From a virus, in IMG/VR virus record IMGVR_UViG_3300033233_000006, positions 67,252-131,251 of that record: DNA of 64,000 nucleotides; one strand, written 5' to 3'. Of this stretch, positions 49,271 through 58,504 are shown in pieces. How positions within the stretch are numbered: the stretch's first letter is position 1; the number at the start of each line of letters is the position of its first letter. The notes under the pieces were generated by a model. That model saw only the letters and a program-made list of their open reading frames with translations. It had not been told where the DNA came from and ran no database searches. The position numbers and the translations under genes were made by a program.

Positions 49271-49665
49271 TCTTCGCCGAGATTAACAACAAGCTCGGAA
49301 CGATCGACGACCTCAACTGGGAGACCTACCTCCGGGGCTTCCAAGACTTCCAGACTTACCTCCCCGAGCCGGACATCTACGTCTTCCTCGATGCGTCGCC
49401 CGAAGAGTGCTACGCGCGCGTGAACAGGCGCGCACGACCGCAAGAGAAGGGCTCGGGCTTCGACGAGAAGGAGGAGGGCATCCCGCTCGCCTACCTCCAG
49501 ACACTCCACGCCGGATACCAGCGCTGGATCGAGAAGGTCGCGCCGAGGATGCAGCTCGTGAAGGTCGACTGGCAGGAGTACCGGCCCGTCGAGGAGACGT
49601 GGGCCGAGGTCGAGCACCGTTTCGAGGAGCGCAACCGCTTCACGCGCAGCCTCGTCGCTCCGTAG
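49264..49665 (+). CDS. C-terminal half of a second deoxynucleoside kinase (no P-loop)
   Basis: IFA....G......W.TY, PD.YVFLDASPEEC..R..RRAR..E....IPL.YL..LH..Y..W; AAGGAAG upstream of GTG. Confidence 0.75.
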   Translation: MLIFAEINNKLGTIDDLNWETYLRGFQDFQTYLPEPDIYVFLDASPEECYARVNRRARPQEKGSGFDEKEEGIPLAYLQTLHAGYQRWIEKVAPRMQLVKVDWQEYRPVEETWAEVEHRFEERNRFTRSLVAP

Positions 49666-49712
49666 AAGTCGCGCTTCGGGCTTCCGCGGTGTGGTAGCCT
49701 TATCCGCACGAG

Positions 49713-50528
49713 GTGACTGTGCGAGCTGGGCGACTCGTTGCGATTCTTGCGGCCACGCTCGTCGCCACCGGCTGCACCTGTGGCGACGCGACCCGCGACC
49801 TCTCCTACGACCCGACGAGCGTCCCGATGGGCGTCTTCGATCTCCACAAGCCGAAGACGGCTCCCAGTGGCAAGCCGCTGCCGTGCGTGCTTCTGGTGCA
49901 TGGGGGCGGTTGGATGAGCGGCGACAAGCGCGACATGGACGACTACGCCGACTGGCTCAACTGCCGCGGCTACGCCGCCGTCTCGATGAACTACCGGCTC
50001 TCGACGATGAAGCCATGGCCGGCTCAGTCCGATGACGTGCTCAGCGCCTTCAACCACCTTCGCGCCCACGCCGCCGAGCTGGGGATCGACTCCGACCGTA
50101 TCGCCGTGAGTGGGATCTCGGCTGGCGCGCACCTCTCGATGATGCTCGCCCTTCGCGGCATGGGCGTTCGTCCCAAGTGCGCCATCGCGCTGAGCGGCGA
50201 GACGGATCTCGACAGGCCGCCGGCTGAGGTGATGGACAACTACAACGACCTGATGACCAAGATCCTGGGTCACGGGCCACCCTTCGCCCACGGCGAGCTG
50301 CAAGCGATGTCGCCGATCAGCTACGTCCGGCAGGACGTGGCGATTCTTCTCGTTCATGCCGATGGCGACACGAACATCTACGTGAAGCAGGGCGATGTCA
50401 TGGCCGCCGCGCTGTTGAGCGCTCACGCCAACTCGACCTACCTCCGACTCCACAGCGATTGCCACGGGCAGTGCTGGAAGGAGATCGGAGACAAGATCGA
50501 AGCATTCCTCGCCGCCAACCTGCGGTAA
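49713..50528 (+). CDS. Exported alpha/beta hydrolase (HSL-like esterase), probable lipoprotein
   Basis: Signal peptide with ATGC lipobox, HGGGW, NYRL, GISAG nucleophile elbow, H..GD, terminal His. Confidence 0.88.
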   Translation: MTVRAGRLVAILAATLVATGCTCGDATRDLSYDPTSVPMGVFDLHKPKTAPSGKPLPCVLLVHGGGWMSGDKRDMDDYADWLNCRGYAAVSMNYRLSTMKPWPAQSDDVLSAFNHLRAHAAELGIDSDRIAVSGISAGAHLSMMLALRGMGVRPKCAIALSGETDLDRPPAEVMDNYNDLMTKILGHGPPFAHGELQAMSPISYVRQDVAILLVHADGDTNIYVKQGDVMAAALLSAHANSTYLRLHSDCHGQCWKEIGDKIEAFLAANLR

Positions 50529-50549
50529 GAGGAACCACCGAGGGCACCG

Positions 50550-51095
50550 ATGGCGACGAACAACGGCACGAAGCAGAGCGGGTCCACTACGATCAAGGGC
50601 AAGGGTGGCGCGAGTCCGTTCGTGATCAGCTACCGCCGGATCACGAAGCGACCGGTCTACGAGCGCGTGCGGAACTTCGTCGGCTTCCGTCGCATGTTCC
50701 TGAACGCCATCGTGAAAGCGCTCGACATCGTCGAAGACGTGTGCTTCGAGACCCAGAACGAGGTGGTCGATCCGGGCGAGCACACGGTCGTTCACTGGGC
50801 GATCGAAGTCGATGACCCGTGGGGCGTGAACAACGTGGCCGAGCTGACCGCCCGGCGCGTCCCGGACAAGCCCGGCTGTGGCGGGCACTTCGAGGTGATT
50901 CGCGTCATCGACGAGAAGGCCGAACGCGAGACGGCGTTGAAGCAAGCCCAGCCGGACGAACGCCCGACAGTCGCGCCCGCGGTCCTCGCCAAGCATCGTC
51001 CAGCTCAAGATGCGATCCGTCAGCGGATGCGCGAGCGACTCATCCAAGAGGGCCACTTCGACCCCGAAGCGGGGCCGCCCCCCAAGGACGACTGA
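50550..51095 (+). CDS. Hypothetical protein
   Basis: Consistent codon bias; GAGGG RBS. Confidence 0.6.
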   Translation: MATNNGTKQSGSTTIKGKGGASPFVISYRRITKRPVYERVRNFVGFRRMFLNAIVKALDIVEDVCFETQNEVVDPGEHTVVHWAIEVDDPWGVNNVAELTARRVPDKPGCGGHFEVIRVIDEKAERETALKQAQPDERPTVAPAVLAKHRPAQDAIRQRMRERLIQEGHFDPEAGPPPKDD

Positions 51096-51097
51096 TC

Positions 51098-51334
51098 ATG
51101 CGAGAGGTCTTCAAAGTCGACGGGACCGGTAACCGCCGAGTCCGCATGGCTGAGCTGCGCAAGGGCGACAAGTTCAAGATCGTCACCGACGATCCGAGGG
51201 ACGGCCTCTACGGGCTCGGGCACGTCGTCTACACCGCCGGCAGCGACGCCTACGAGAGCAAGTACGCCGACGTGTGGGAGGTCGAGGTGGCGAGCGAGTT
51301 CGACAGCACGGCCACACGCCTATGCGCGAGCTGA
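51098..51334 (+). CDS. Hypothetical protein
   Basis: ATG 51098 follows the upstream stop. Confidence 0.5.
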   Translation: MREVFKVDGTGNRRVRMAELRKGDKFKIVTDDPRDGLYGLGHVVYTAGSDAYESKYADVWEVEVASEFDSTATRLCAS

Positions 51335-51900
51335 TCGTCTTCACCGGGCCTGTGAGCGGTGGAAAGTCCACCCGCGCTGCCGCGGCGGCGGGACGGCTCC
51401 AGCGTCTCGGCTTCCACGTCGTCCTACTCAGGCCAACGCGATCCGTCCGCGCGCACGAGAAGCCCGGCCTGCTCGTCACAAAGACCGGAACCTCATTTCC
51501 GTCGGTCGAGGTCGACACGGCGGCTGAGATCGTTGACCGAGCCCGCGGCTACGATGCGGTGTGGATCGACGAGCCGATGCTGTTCCCCGACGAGCCTCTG
51601 GTCTTCGATGCGATCCAGACGATCCGCCGCGAGTCGACCGTCATCGTCTCCGGGCTCTCCGCCACGAGCGAGCTGGAGCCGTTTGGCGAGTCGATGCCCA
51701 AACTGCTCGCGGTGGCCGACGAGGTGACATCCCTCAAGGGAGACTGTGATGCGTGCGGCGCGTTCGGAACAGCAACGCGCTCGGTCTGCCTCAAGCCCAA
51801 GACGGGTCAAGTGCTCGTCGGCGGCTCTGATGTTTACGAAGCTTGCTGTCCGGCATGCTGGCGAGCACGCGTCGAATCTCCAAAGGCCGCCGTCACTTAG
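51322..51900 (+). CDS. tdk: Thymidine kinase (type II, TK1-like)
   Basis: TGPVSGGKST, IDE, V.VSGL....PF, LLA.AD.V..L...C..CG..A, VGG...Y...C..CW. Confidence 0.9.
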   Translation: MRELIVFTGPVSGGKSTRAAAAAGRLQRLGFHVVLLRPTRSVRAHEKPGLLVTKTGTSFPSVEVDTAAEIVDRARGYDAVWIDEPMLFPDEPLVFDAIQTIRRESTVIVSGLSATSELEPFGESMPKLLAVADEVTSLKGDCDACGAFGTATRSVCLKPKTGQVLVGGSDVYEACCPACWRARVESPKAAVT

Positions 51901-51940
51901 GGTCATGCGGTCCGCTCGAAAGTTTTCCTCTCGTAAGACC

Positions 51941-51966
51941 TGCAACTCCTCCTCGTTCTCGTGTTG
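51941..51966 (+). promoter_or_regulatory. TGCAAC-N14-GTGTT motif copy 5
   Basis: TGCAACTCCTCCTCGTTCTCGTGTTG upstream of the AAA+ gene. Confidence 0.7.
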
Positions 51967-52049
51967 GGTGAGCGAGGTTCGAGACGGTCTCGACCGAGCG
52001 ACAAACACGAGTCCAGGGTAGAAGATCCCTGTGTAGGAGATAGGTTCCC

Positions 52050-53144
52050 GTGAAGTTTAGCGAGTTGTGCCGCCTCATTCCGACGCTCGACGCGAGCGTT
52101 CCGATCTTCTTCCTCGGTCGTCCCGGCATCGGCAAGTCCGTGCTCTCGCGCACGATCGCGAAGCTCATGGGGCCCGAGGCGCGGATCGTCCGGCGCGAGC
52201 TGACCGGCCACCTCCCGGAAGACATGAGCGGTCTTCCGTTCCGTGAGGGGTCGTTCACGCGGTTCTGCCCGCCCGACTTCCTCGCCCGGCTCCAGAAGGG
52301 CTCGGGGCCGAACGGGAGCGACCCGGTCGGCGCTCTGATCCTCGAAGACATCACGCAGGCGCAGCGCTCGGTTCAGGTCGCGTGCTTCCAGCTCGTGCAG
52401 GAGCGGAGCATGGGCGACATTCAGCTCAGCCCGCACGTTCGGATCATTCTCACGGGCAACCGAACCTCGGACAAGGCCGGCGCCCGCGAGTTGCCCTCTC
52501 CGCTCCGCAACCGGGTGTGCGTGCTCTCGCTCGACCCGGACCTGGAGGAGTGGATGAACTGGGCGGGCGCCGAAGGGCTCCCGGGCGTGCTCGGCGGCTT
52601 CCTCCAGTACAAGCCGCAGTTCTTCTCGCAGCTCCCGTCCAACGCCGACAAGGCGAACGGCCAGTTCTCCACGCCGCGCTCGTGGGAGAACGTCGGGCGG
52701 ATCATGCTCACGCTCGATCCGAAGGCCGACCCGACGGGGCCGCTCTACACGCTCGCCGGTGGTCTGATCGGCGAGGGCGTCGCGACGGAATTCGTCGCCT
52801 TCGTCAAGCTCCAGAAGGAGCTGCCGAACCCGAAGGCGGTCCTCGACGACCCGGAGAAGGCCATGCCTTCGCCGCCGACCGAGCCGGACCGTCTCGCTGC
52901 GCTCGTCACGGCGCTCGGCGAGTACGCCGCCCGCCACCAGAACGACGACAAGAAGCTCTACCTCAAGCTCCTGATCGCGCTCTCCCACGTCTCGGGGAAG
53001 ACGCGCGAGGCGTGCGCCGCGGGCCTCACGGTCTTCCAGGCGAACGGAGGCAACGTCTCGAAGCTCTTCGACGCCGCTGCGGCGAATAAGAGCGATCCGA
53101 GGATTCTCGCAATCATAAAGCATTTTGCGGCTTCGGTTTCCTAG
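52050..53144 (+). CDS. MoxR-like AAA+ ATPase
   Basis: GRPGIGKS Walker A, D..GLP, LILED (Walker B variant), TGNR..D.AG, L.NR, TPRSWE. Confidence 0.88.
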   Translation: MKFSELCRLIPTLDASVPIFFLGRPGIGKSVLSRTIAKLMGPEARIVRRELTGHLPEDMSGLPFREGSFTRFCPPDFLARLQKGSGPNGSDPVGALILEDITQAQRSVQVACFQLVQERSMGDIQLSPHVRIILTGNRTSDKAGARELPSPLRNRVCVLSLDPDLEEWMNWAGAEGLPGVLGGFLQYKPQFFSQLPSNADKANGQFSTPRSWENVGRIMLTLDPKADPTGPLYTLAGGLIGEGVATEFVAFVKLQKELPNPKAVLDDPEKAMPSPPTEPDRLAALVTALGEYAARHQNDDKKLYLKLLIALSHVSGKTREACAAGLTVFQANGGNVSKLFDAAAANKSDPRILAIIKHFAASVS

Positions 53145-53172
53145 TTCTAACAAGATCGGACTAGGCAAACCA

Positions 53173-53201
53173 TTGACTCCTGGGACGAGTAGTCGTATAA
53201 A
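53173..53201 (+). promoter_or_regulatory. Sigma70 promoter of HNH gene
   Basis: TTGACT-17-TATAAA followed by GGAGG RBS. Confidence 0.7.
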
Positions 53202-53219
53202 CTCTTCTTGGAGGTCGAG

Positions 53220-54443
53220 ATGAGGGGCAAGGCTTACCCGACGATTCCGGTCGGTTCGATCATCGGACAACTTACGGTGATCGAACCGACCGAACAGCTC
53301 AGGGAGCGGGGACGAAAGCGGTACGGCTACAACTGCCGCTGCGAATGCGACAGGGTCGTGTTTGCGCAAGCGACGAGTCTCATGAACGGCTCGACGAGGC
53401 GGTGCCGAGAGTGCGCTGACGCCAATCGCGGCCACCAGGCGGTGACGCATGGCATGAGCGGAACACCCGGCTACTCGAACTGGCGACAGATGATCCGTCG
53501 GTGCCAGAACGACCCGCGTTACGTCGGACGCATCTCGGTGTGCGAACGCTGGCGTGTCGAAACGCCCAACGCCGTCCAAAACTTCTTCGCCGATCTTGGG
53601 CCGAGGCCAAGCCCAAGTCACTCCCTCGACCGCTACCCAAACGGTGCTGGAAACTACGAACCGGGCAACGTGAGGTGGGCCACAGCCAAGGAACAGGCGA
53701 ACAACCTCTCGACGAATGTCCTGCTCACGGTGGACGGCGTGACGCTCCCGCTCGGTGCGTGGGCGGAGAGGGTCGATATGGACCCGCAGACCCTCTGGGC
53801 ACGCCACAAGCTCGGGATGGACGACAAGACGGCGGTGACGATGCCCGTTCGCGCGCAGATCACCTCGCTCACCATCGACGGCGTGACTTGCACGCTGGAG
53901 CGATGGGCGCACAAGGCCGGAGCGGACGCGGCGGCGGTTACGCGGCGTCTGGAGAACGGCTGCGAGCCTAAGCTGGCGGTCTTCGCCGCCGGTCAGACGG
54001 TGACGGTCGGTCGCGACGGGCTTCCGAGCGCGATCATCAGCAACGATGAGGTCGTCGTCGAGACCCGGGCCGCGACGCCTCGCCGCTTCATTGCCAGGAA
54101 TGGCTACCCCATCACCATCGACGGTGTGACGCGCAGCCAGAGCGAATGGGCGCGCATCGCCAACGTAACGATCGGAACGATCCGGCGCCGTCTGGCGCTC
54201 GGTCTCGATCCGAAGGCGGCGGTCTTCGCCAGGCCGGACCAGGGGCACGCCCTCGACGGCGGGATGCGCAACCAAAACCGAGCCGATTGCGTGCGGCTCA
54301 CGGTCAACGGGGTGACCAAAATCCTGAGCGCCTGGTCGCGCGATACGGGCCTCTCGGAGAACTGCATCCGCAACCGGCTCAAGGCCGGTTGGACGCCGGA
54401 TGAGGCTGTTCTCACCCCGTCACGAAAGGCCGGTGCGGTTTGA
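53220..54443 (+). CDS. HNH homing endonuclease with four C-terminal DNA-binding repeats
   Basis: SLDR..NG.GNYEPGNVRWAT..EQ.NN; repeated LT.DGVT..L..WA units. Confidence 0.9.
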   Translation: MRGKAYPTIPVGSIIGQLTVIEPTEQLRERGRKRYGYNCRCECDRVVFAQATSLMNGSTRRCRECADANRGHQAVTHGMSGTPGYSNWRQMIRRCQNDPRYVGRISVCERWRVETPNAVQNFFADLGPRPSPSHSLDRYPNGAGNYEPGNVRWATAKEQANNLSTNVLLTVDGVTLPLGAWAERVDMDPQTLWARHKLGMDDKTAVTMPVRAQITSLTIDGVTCTLERWAHKAGADAAAVTRRLENGCEPKLAVFAAGQTVTVGRDGLPSAIISNDEVVVETRAATPRRFIARNGYPITIDGVTRSQSEWARIANVTIGTIRRRLALGLDPKAAVFARPDQGHALDGGMRNQNRADCVRLTVNGVTKILSAWSRDTGLSENCIRNRLKAGWTPDEAVLTPSRKAGAV

Positions 54444-54655
54444 GCGACGGTGGCGGCGGCAAGCTCGATCCGAGCGAACTTCTCGCGTCGCTGCGGTGGG
54501 GCGTAGACAGCCTCATCACGAACTACGACGGCGAGCGTGTCTGGCTCAAGGCGAGCCTGGACGCCAACGGGAAGCGGAACGGTATCACCGACTGCTGCCT
54601 CGCCGAAGCCCCGTGCGAGCATCACGCGAAGGTCGCGGTCAGGGGCGGTAACTAA
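54440..54655 (+). CDS. Small hypothetical protein
   Basis: TTGA overlap; G.TDCC....PC.HH motif. Confidence 0.5.
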   Translation: MSDGGGGKLDPSELLASLRWGVDSLITNYDGERVWLKASLDANGKRNGITDCCLAEAPCEHHAKVAVRGGN

Positions 54656-54705
54656 GCGAAGGGTCGGTCGGGGTAGAACGACGGCTGGTCCGCGCGAAGC
54701 GCGGG

Positions 54706-55584
54706 GTGGGAGTGGTGGCGATCGTGACGACCATGGAAGACTTGACGGTGGTCGACGCGGTCGCCCTCCGTCGTTTCAACGAGGCGACCATGATCCGGGT
54801 GCTCGCGGCAGCTCACCGTCGCGAGACGGGTTACGGGCCGATCACCAAGAAGCGCGCGCGAGAGATCGCCCGGCGGGTCGCTGGCGATCGCTCCCTCGCG
54901 CGGGTCACCGACGCGCTCGTCGCCGAGGTGGCCCGGCAGAACGACGTACTCGATGCGCGGCTCATCGTCCGCGCGGAATGCGAAGACCTCGACCACTACG
55001 ACCCAGTCAAGGCCAACGAGCGGAACGAGGGCGACTACTCCAACGACGGCCACTTCAGGTCGTCGCGGCTCGGCGCGATCTTCGACCACCGCATGAGCCG
55101 CGACGGCTTCGAGAAGATCCTGCCGAGCAGCTACAGCTACTCGACGACCAACATCGACATCGCGATCGTCGCCAAGCAGGTCGTCGCCCTGATCGAGCCG
55201 CAGTGGCGATGCGACGCGAACGGGAAGACGCAGCGCCGGAAGGTGACGCGGTTCCTCGTCGTGGCACCGCGGACGCCGAGAGGTAAGCCGCGCGCAGTCA
55301 AGGTCGCGCCCGAGACAGAGTCGGTTGACGACGCGATCGAGTCCGTCATGCCGTCAGCCGTGGTTGCGGCGATCAACGCGCTCACGCTCGGATTGGGGCA
55401 CCCGCCCCACCTGTACTCCGGGGTAGAACTGGACTGGAAGGGGCGGCGCTTCGGCGTCTGGCACATGAAGATGCGCAAGTGGCACCCCTTCCGAAAGGTC
55501 GGAATCACGCCCGAGGGTGCGAGTAAGTTGGGCTGGGCCGTCATTCGATTCGACGGCCCGGAATGGCTTCGGGTGCTCGCGTAG
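54706..55584 (+). CDS. Hypothetical protein
   Basis: Long ORF with matching codon bias; start uncertain (54706/54733). Confidence 0.6.
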   Translation: MGVVAIVTTMEDLTVVDAVALRRFNEATMIRVLAAAHRRETGYGPITKKRAREIARRVAGDRSLARVTDALVAEVARQNDVLDARLIVRAECEDLDHYDPVKANERNEGDYSNDGHFRSSRLGAIFDHRMSRDGFEKILPSSYSYSTTNIDIAIVAKQVVALIEPQWRCDANGKTQRRKVTRFLVVAPRTPRGKPRAVKVAPETESVDDAIESVMPSAVVAAINALTLGLGHPPHLYSGVELDWKGRRFGVWHMKMRKWHPFRKVGITPEGASKLGWAVIRFDGPEWLRVLA

Positions 55585-55590
55585 CGTAGG

Positions 55591-55616
55591 TGCAACTCCT
55601 CGACGTTCGAGTGTTC
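55591..55616 (+). promoter_or_regulatory. TGCAAC-N14-GTGTT motif copy 6
   Basis: TGCAACTCCTCGACGTTCGAGTGTTC upstream of the VWA gene. Confidence 0.7.
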
Positions 55617-55638
55617 TAGAGGCGGAGGTGAGGTAGTT

Positions 55639-56970
55639 ATGACCGCAACATCGAGCTTCGACTTGATTTACGAGATCAGCAAGGCTCGCACGCGGCTCGT
55701 GTCGCGGGCGCCGTTCTTCGGCTACCTCGCCATGCAGCTCCGTCCGCGAGCGGCCAAGCCCGAAGACGACGTGCCGACGGCGGGCATCTCGCCCGACGGC
55801 ACCGTTGTCGTCAACGTCGACTTCGCGTCGAAGCTCAAGCCCCAAGAACTCGCCGGGCTCCTCGCCCACGAAGTCATGCACCCGGCGCTTCACTTCTGGG
55901 GCCGGAAGGGGAGCCGCAACCACCTCCTCTTCAACATCGCGCACGACCTCTCCTTCAACTTCATAATCACCGAGATGGCGAAGGGTGAAATCGAGCTGCC
56001 CGATGGCGCGCTCCTCGACAAGAGGTTCGAGGGGATGTCGGCGGAGGAAATCTACGGGCACTTGCTCAAGGGGGACAAGGGCACCGGCAAGACGAAGATC
56101 GCCTGCAAAGGCGGCGGTTCGATCACCGTGGACGTGAACGGGAAGGGCGGCGACGACTACGGCGACTGCCGTGAGGATCTCTCCGACAGCGCGATCGGTC
56201 AGAAGGCGGCGAAGGGCGACGACGCGGCGCAGCGCAAGCTCGCGAACGATTGGAAGCTCTCGATCGCGGGCGCGGTCCAGCAGCACGAGGCGCGGAAGAC
56301 GCAGGGCAAGCTCCCCGCCGCGTTGGAGCGCTTCATTCAGGAGTTGCTCCACCCGAAGCTCGATTGGGCCGAGCAGCTCCAACGGTGGTGCGGCGAGAAC
56401 GGACGGCGTGAGGAGTACTCCTACGCGCGCCCGAACCGCCGGTCGGAGTCGGTCGGCGCCTATCTCCCGTCGCAGTGCGCGGGCGGCTACGCGGACGTGA
56501 CGTTGTTCGTCGACACGTCCGGGTCCATGGGCCAGGATCGTCTCAAGCGAATCCTGGGCGAAATCTCGGGGATCTGCGAGGAGATGGGCTCGGAGATCCG
56601 CGTGATAATCATCGACGCGGACGTTCACGAGGATCTCACCGTCGAAGACGCTCTCGAAGTGGCGCAGAAGCTCAAGGGCGGCGGCGGCTCCGATCTCAAC
56701 CCGGGCTTCGCGCGACTCGACGAGGAGGGCTACGACGGAGCCGTGATCGCCTTCACCGACGGTCACATCTCGGTGCCGGAGTCGATGCCCGTCGGGCTCA
56801 AGGGAGTCCTCTGGGTGCTCGAAGAAGGCTCGGGCGACAAGCCGCCGACGGACAAGTGGGGCGACGTGTTGTGGGTTCCGACCGAAGACAACACGAACGG
56901 CGACGTGCCGATCCCGGTCGGACCGCAGGACGCGGACGACGATGGCGACGACTCGGACGACGACGCGTGA
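55639..56970 (+). CDS. Metallopeptidase-like plus VWA domain protein (DUF2201 family)
   Basis: HEVMH (HExxH), N.A.D...N, DTSGSM MIDAS, GGGGSD, FTDG. Confidence 0.9.
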   Translation: MTATSSFDLIYEISKARTRLVSRAPFFGYLAMQLRPRAAKPEDDVPTAGISPDGTVVVNVDFASKLKPQELAGLLAHEVMHPALHFWGRKGSRNHLLFNIAHDLSFNFIITEMAKGEIELPDGALLDKRFEGMSAEEIYGHLLKGDKGTGKTKIACKGGGSITVDVNGKGGDDYGDCREDLSDSAIGQKAAKGDDAAQRKLANDWKLSIAGAVQQHEARKTQGKLPAALERFIQELLHPKLDWAEQLQRWCGENGRREEYSYARPNRRSESVGAYLPSQCAGGYADVTLFVDTSGSMGQDRLKRILGEISGICEEMGSEIRVIIIDADVHEDLTVEDALEVAQKLKGGGGSDLNPGFARLDEEGYDGAVIAFTDGHISVPESMPVGLKGVLWVLEEGSGDKPPTDKWGDVLWVPTEDNTNGDVPIPVGPQDADDDGDDSDDDA

Positions 56971-57212
56971 GCATCTTCGGACAGAAGAAGCCCGAGGAGA
57001 AGCGCTTCGATCGCGCCTTCCCGGTCGACTACCAGGTGCTCGTCCAAGGCCGGGGCTTCGTCCCGGCCAGCGACCTCCGGGTGGGCGACAGGCTCAAGTC
57101 GGCGAACGGCGTCGCGACGATCGCGAAGGTCACCGTCGAAGGATCGCGAATCATCGCATCGACCGACCTGCCGCCGCCCGAGCCGGTCGAGTTCGAGGAT
57201 GACTACTCATGA
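56967..57212 (+). CDS. Small protein resembling a truncated Hint domain
   Basis: AFP.D.QVLVQGRGFV.ASDLRVGDRL matches the N-terminal Hint block pattern. Confidence 0.5.
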   Translation: MSIFGQKKPEEKRFDRAFPVDYQVLVQGRGFVPASDLRVGDRLKSANGVATIAKVTVEGSRIIASTDLPPPEPVEFEDDYS

Positions 57213-57619
57213 GCGCCAAGGCCGCTCGGCTCCTGCTCGACAAGGGTTCCCTGCCGGACGAGGTTCCGGCGGGAACGCCCGCGTCGAAGGTCCCGGAGGG
57301 GCTCACCAAGGAGCAGCTCCGGGATCTCGCGTGGGAGGTGATCGTGCTCCTGATCGAGCGCGCGGGCGATTACAAGCTCGACTCGCCCGAAGCGACCCGA
57401 GTTGCCGAAGACTTCGTCCGAGCGGCGGCCAAGATCGGCACCCGGAGCTTCGTGCTCGGAGCCGCCATGCTCACCCGCTTCTCCTACTTCGGCCCCTCGT
57501 GGGGCGCCGAGGCAGTGCGCCGGGCAATCGAGACGACACCCGGCGGCGATGCGCTAAAGACGGCGCTCGGCTCGGCCAAGGCCGACATCGGTAAGGTAGA
57601 CCGCCTCGCCGGAGTGTAG
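57209..57619 (+). CDS. Hypothetical protein
   Basis: ATGA overlap; codon bias. Confidence 0.6.
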   Translation: MSAKAARLLLDKGSLPDEVPAGTPASKVPEGLTKEQLRDLAWEVIVLLIERAGDYKLDSPEATRVAEDFVRAAAKIGTRSFVLGAAMLTRFSYFGPSWGAEAVRRAIETTPGGDALKTALGSAKADIGKVDRLAGV

Positions 57620-57649
57620 GATGCCTCGCGGCCCCACCGGGCGATTGCC

Positions 57650-57964
57650 ATGTCCGACGCCGCCAAAAAGACTGCACTCTACGAGGCGGCGGAATGGTTG
57701 GCGCGTTCTCGTGTCAGGCTGGATGGGCTCGTCAAGGCGGTAGACGAGAACCACACGATGCGCGTCGAGGAGCAGCGCATCTACGACGAACGTCGAGTCG
57801 GGTTCCTAGCGCTCTACGCCGAGTCCGGGCTCCGATTCGACCGTGACGAGTTGCTCAAGGAGATCGCTCCGGTCGATGACCCGCAGACCCGAGACGAGAC
57901 GGTGCGCGCGCTCATGGTCGCCTTCCTTCTCGAAGCGTCTTCGGCCCGACACAAAGAAATCTGA
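57650..57964 (+). CDS. Hypothetical protein
   Basis: 104-aa helical ORF. Confidence 0.55.
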   Translation: MSDAAKKTALYEAAEWLARSRVRLDGLVKAVDENHTMRVEEQRIYDERRVGFLALYAESGLRFDRDELLKEIAPVDDPQTRDETVRALMVAFLLEASSARHKEI

Positions 57965-58032
57965 ACACCGCTGACAGCCTTATCCAAGCGTCGCGTCCTG
58001 CAAGAGCACAACGCCACCGAGGAGGGTAAGTT

Positions 58033-58488
58033 GTGGCTGAGGTTGCGGCTGCGGTGTCCAAGCGCTGCGGTCGATGTAAGCGCCGAAGGAAGCTCGCTGA
58101 GTTTTATCCTGGGGCGCGCAAGAAGCGCTGGTCCTATTGTCGAGACTGCATGAATGACTTGCGCCGCGCATACCGGAAGAAGAAGCGAAAGAGCAAGAGC
58201 TATCGTCAGAATAACGTTCGCGTGGCCGCCGGGCTTCGGCGTCGACTAGCTACCGAAGTGGCTGCGATCAAAGCCAAGACACCATGCGCCGATTGCGACC
58301 ACACCTTCAACCCGTGGCAAATGCAGTTCGATCACGTAAGGGGGAAGAAGCTCGGCAACGTGTCGTACTTCGTCGGACTCGGGATGCGGCGGATGGCTCT
58401 CGCTGAGATGGATAAATGCGAGCTGGTTTGTGCGAACTGCCACGCCAACCGCAGCCAAGTCCGATACATGAAGACACGAAACCCGTAG
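58033..58488 (+). CDS. HNH endonuclease
   Basis: PCADC...QFDHVRGKK...E..KC.LVCANCH; N-terminal Zn finger. Confidence 0.85.
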   Translation: MAEVAAAVSKRCGRCKRRRKLAEFYPGARKKRWSYCRDCMNDLRRAYRKKKRKSKSYRQNNVRVAAGLRRRLATEVAAIKAKTPCADCDHTFNPWQMQFDHVRGKKLGNVSYFVGLGMRRMALAEMDKCELVCANCHANRSQVRYMKTRNP

Positions 58489-58504
58489 AGTGGAGGGGTT
58501 CCAG

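Noticed and set aside
54440-54490. Possible remnant of the MoxR 3' end after the HNH (DGGGGKLDP vs DAAAANKSDP)
   Set aside because: Similarity too short and low-complexity to assert.
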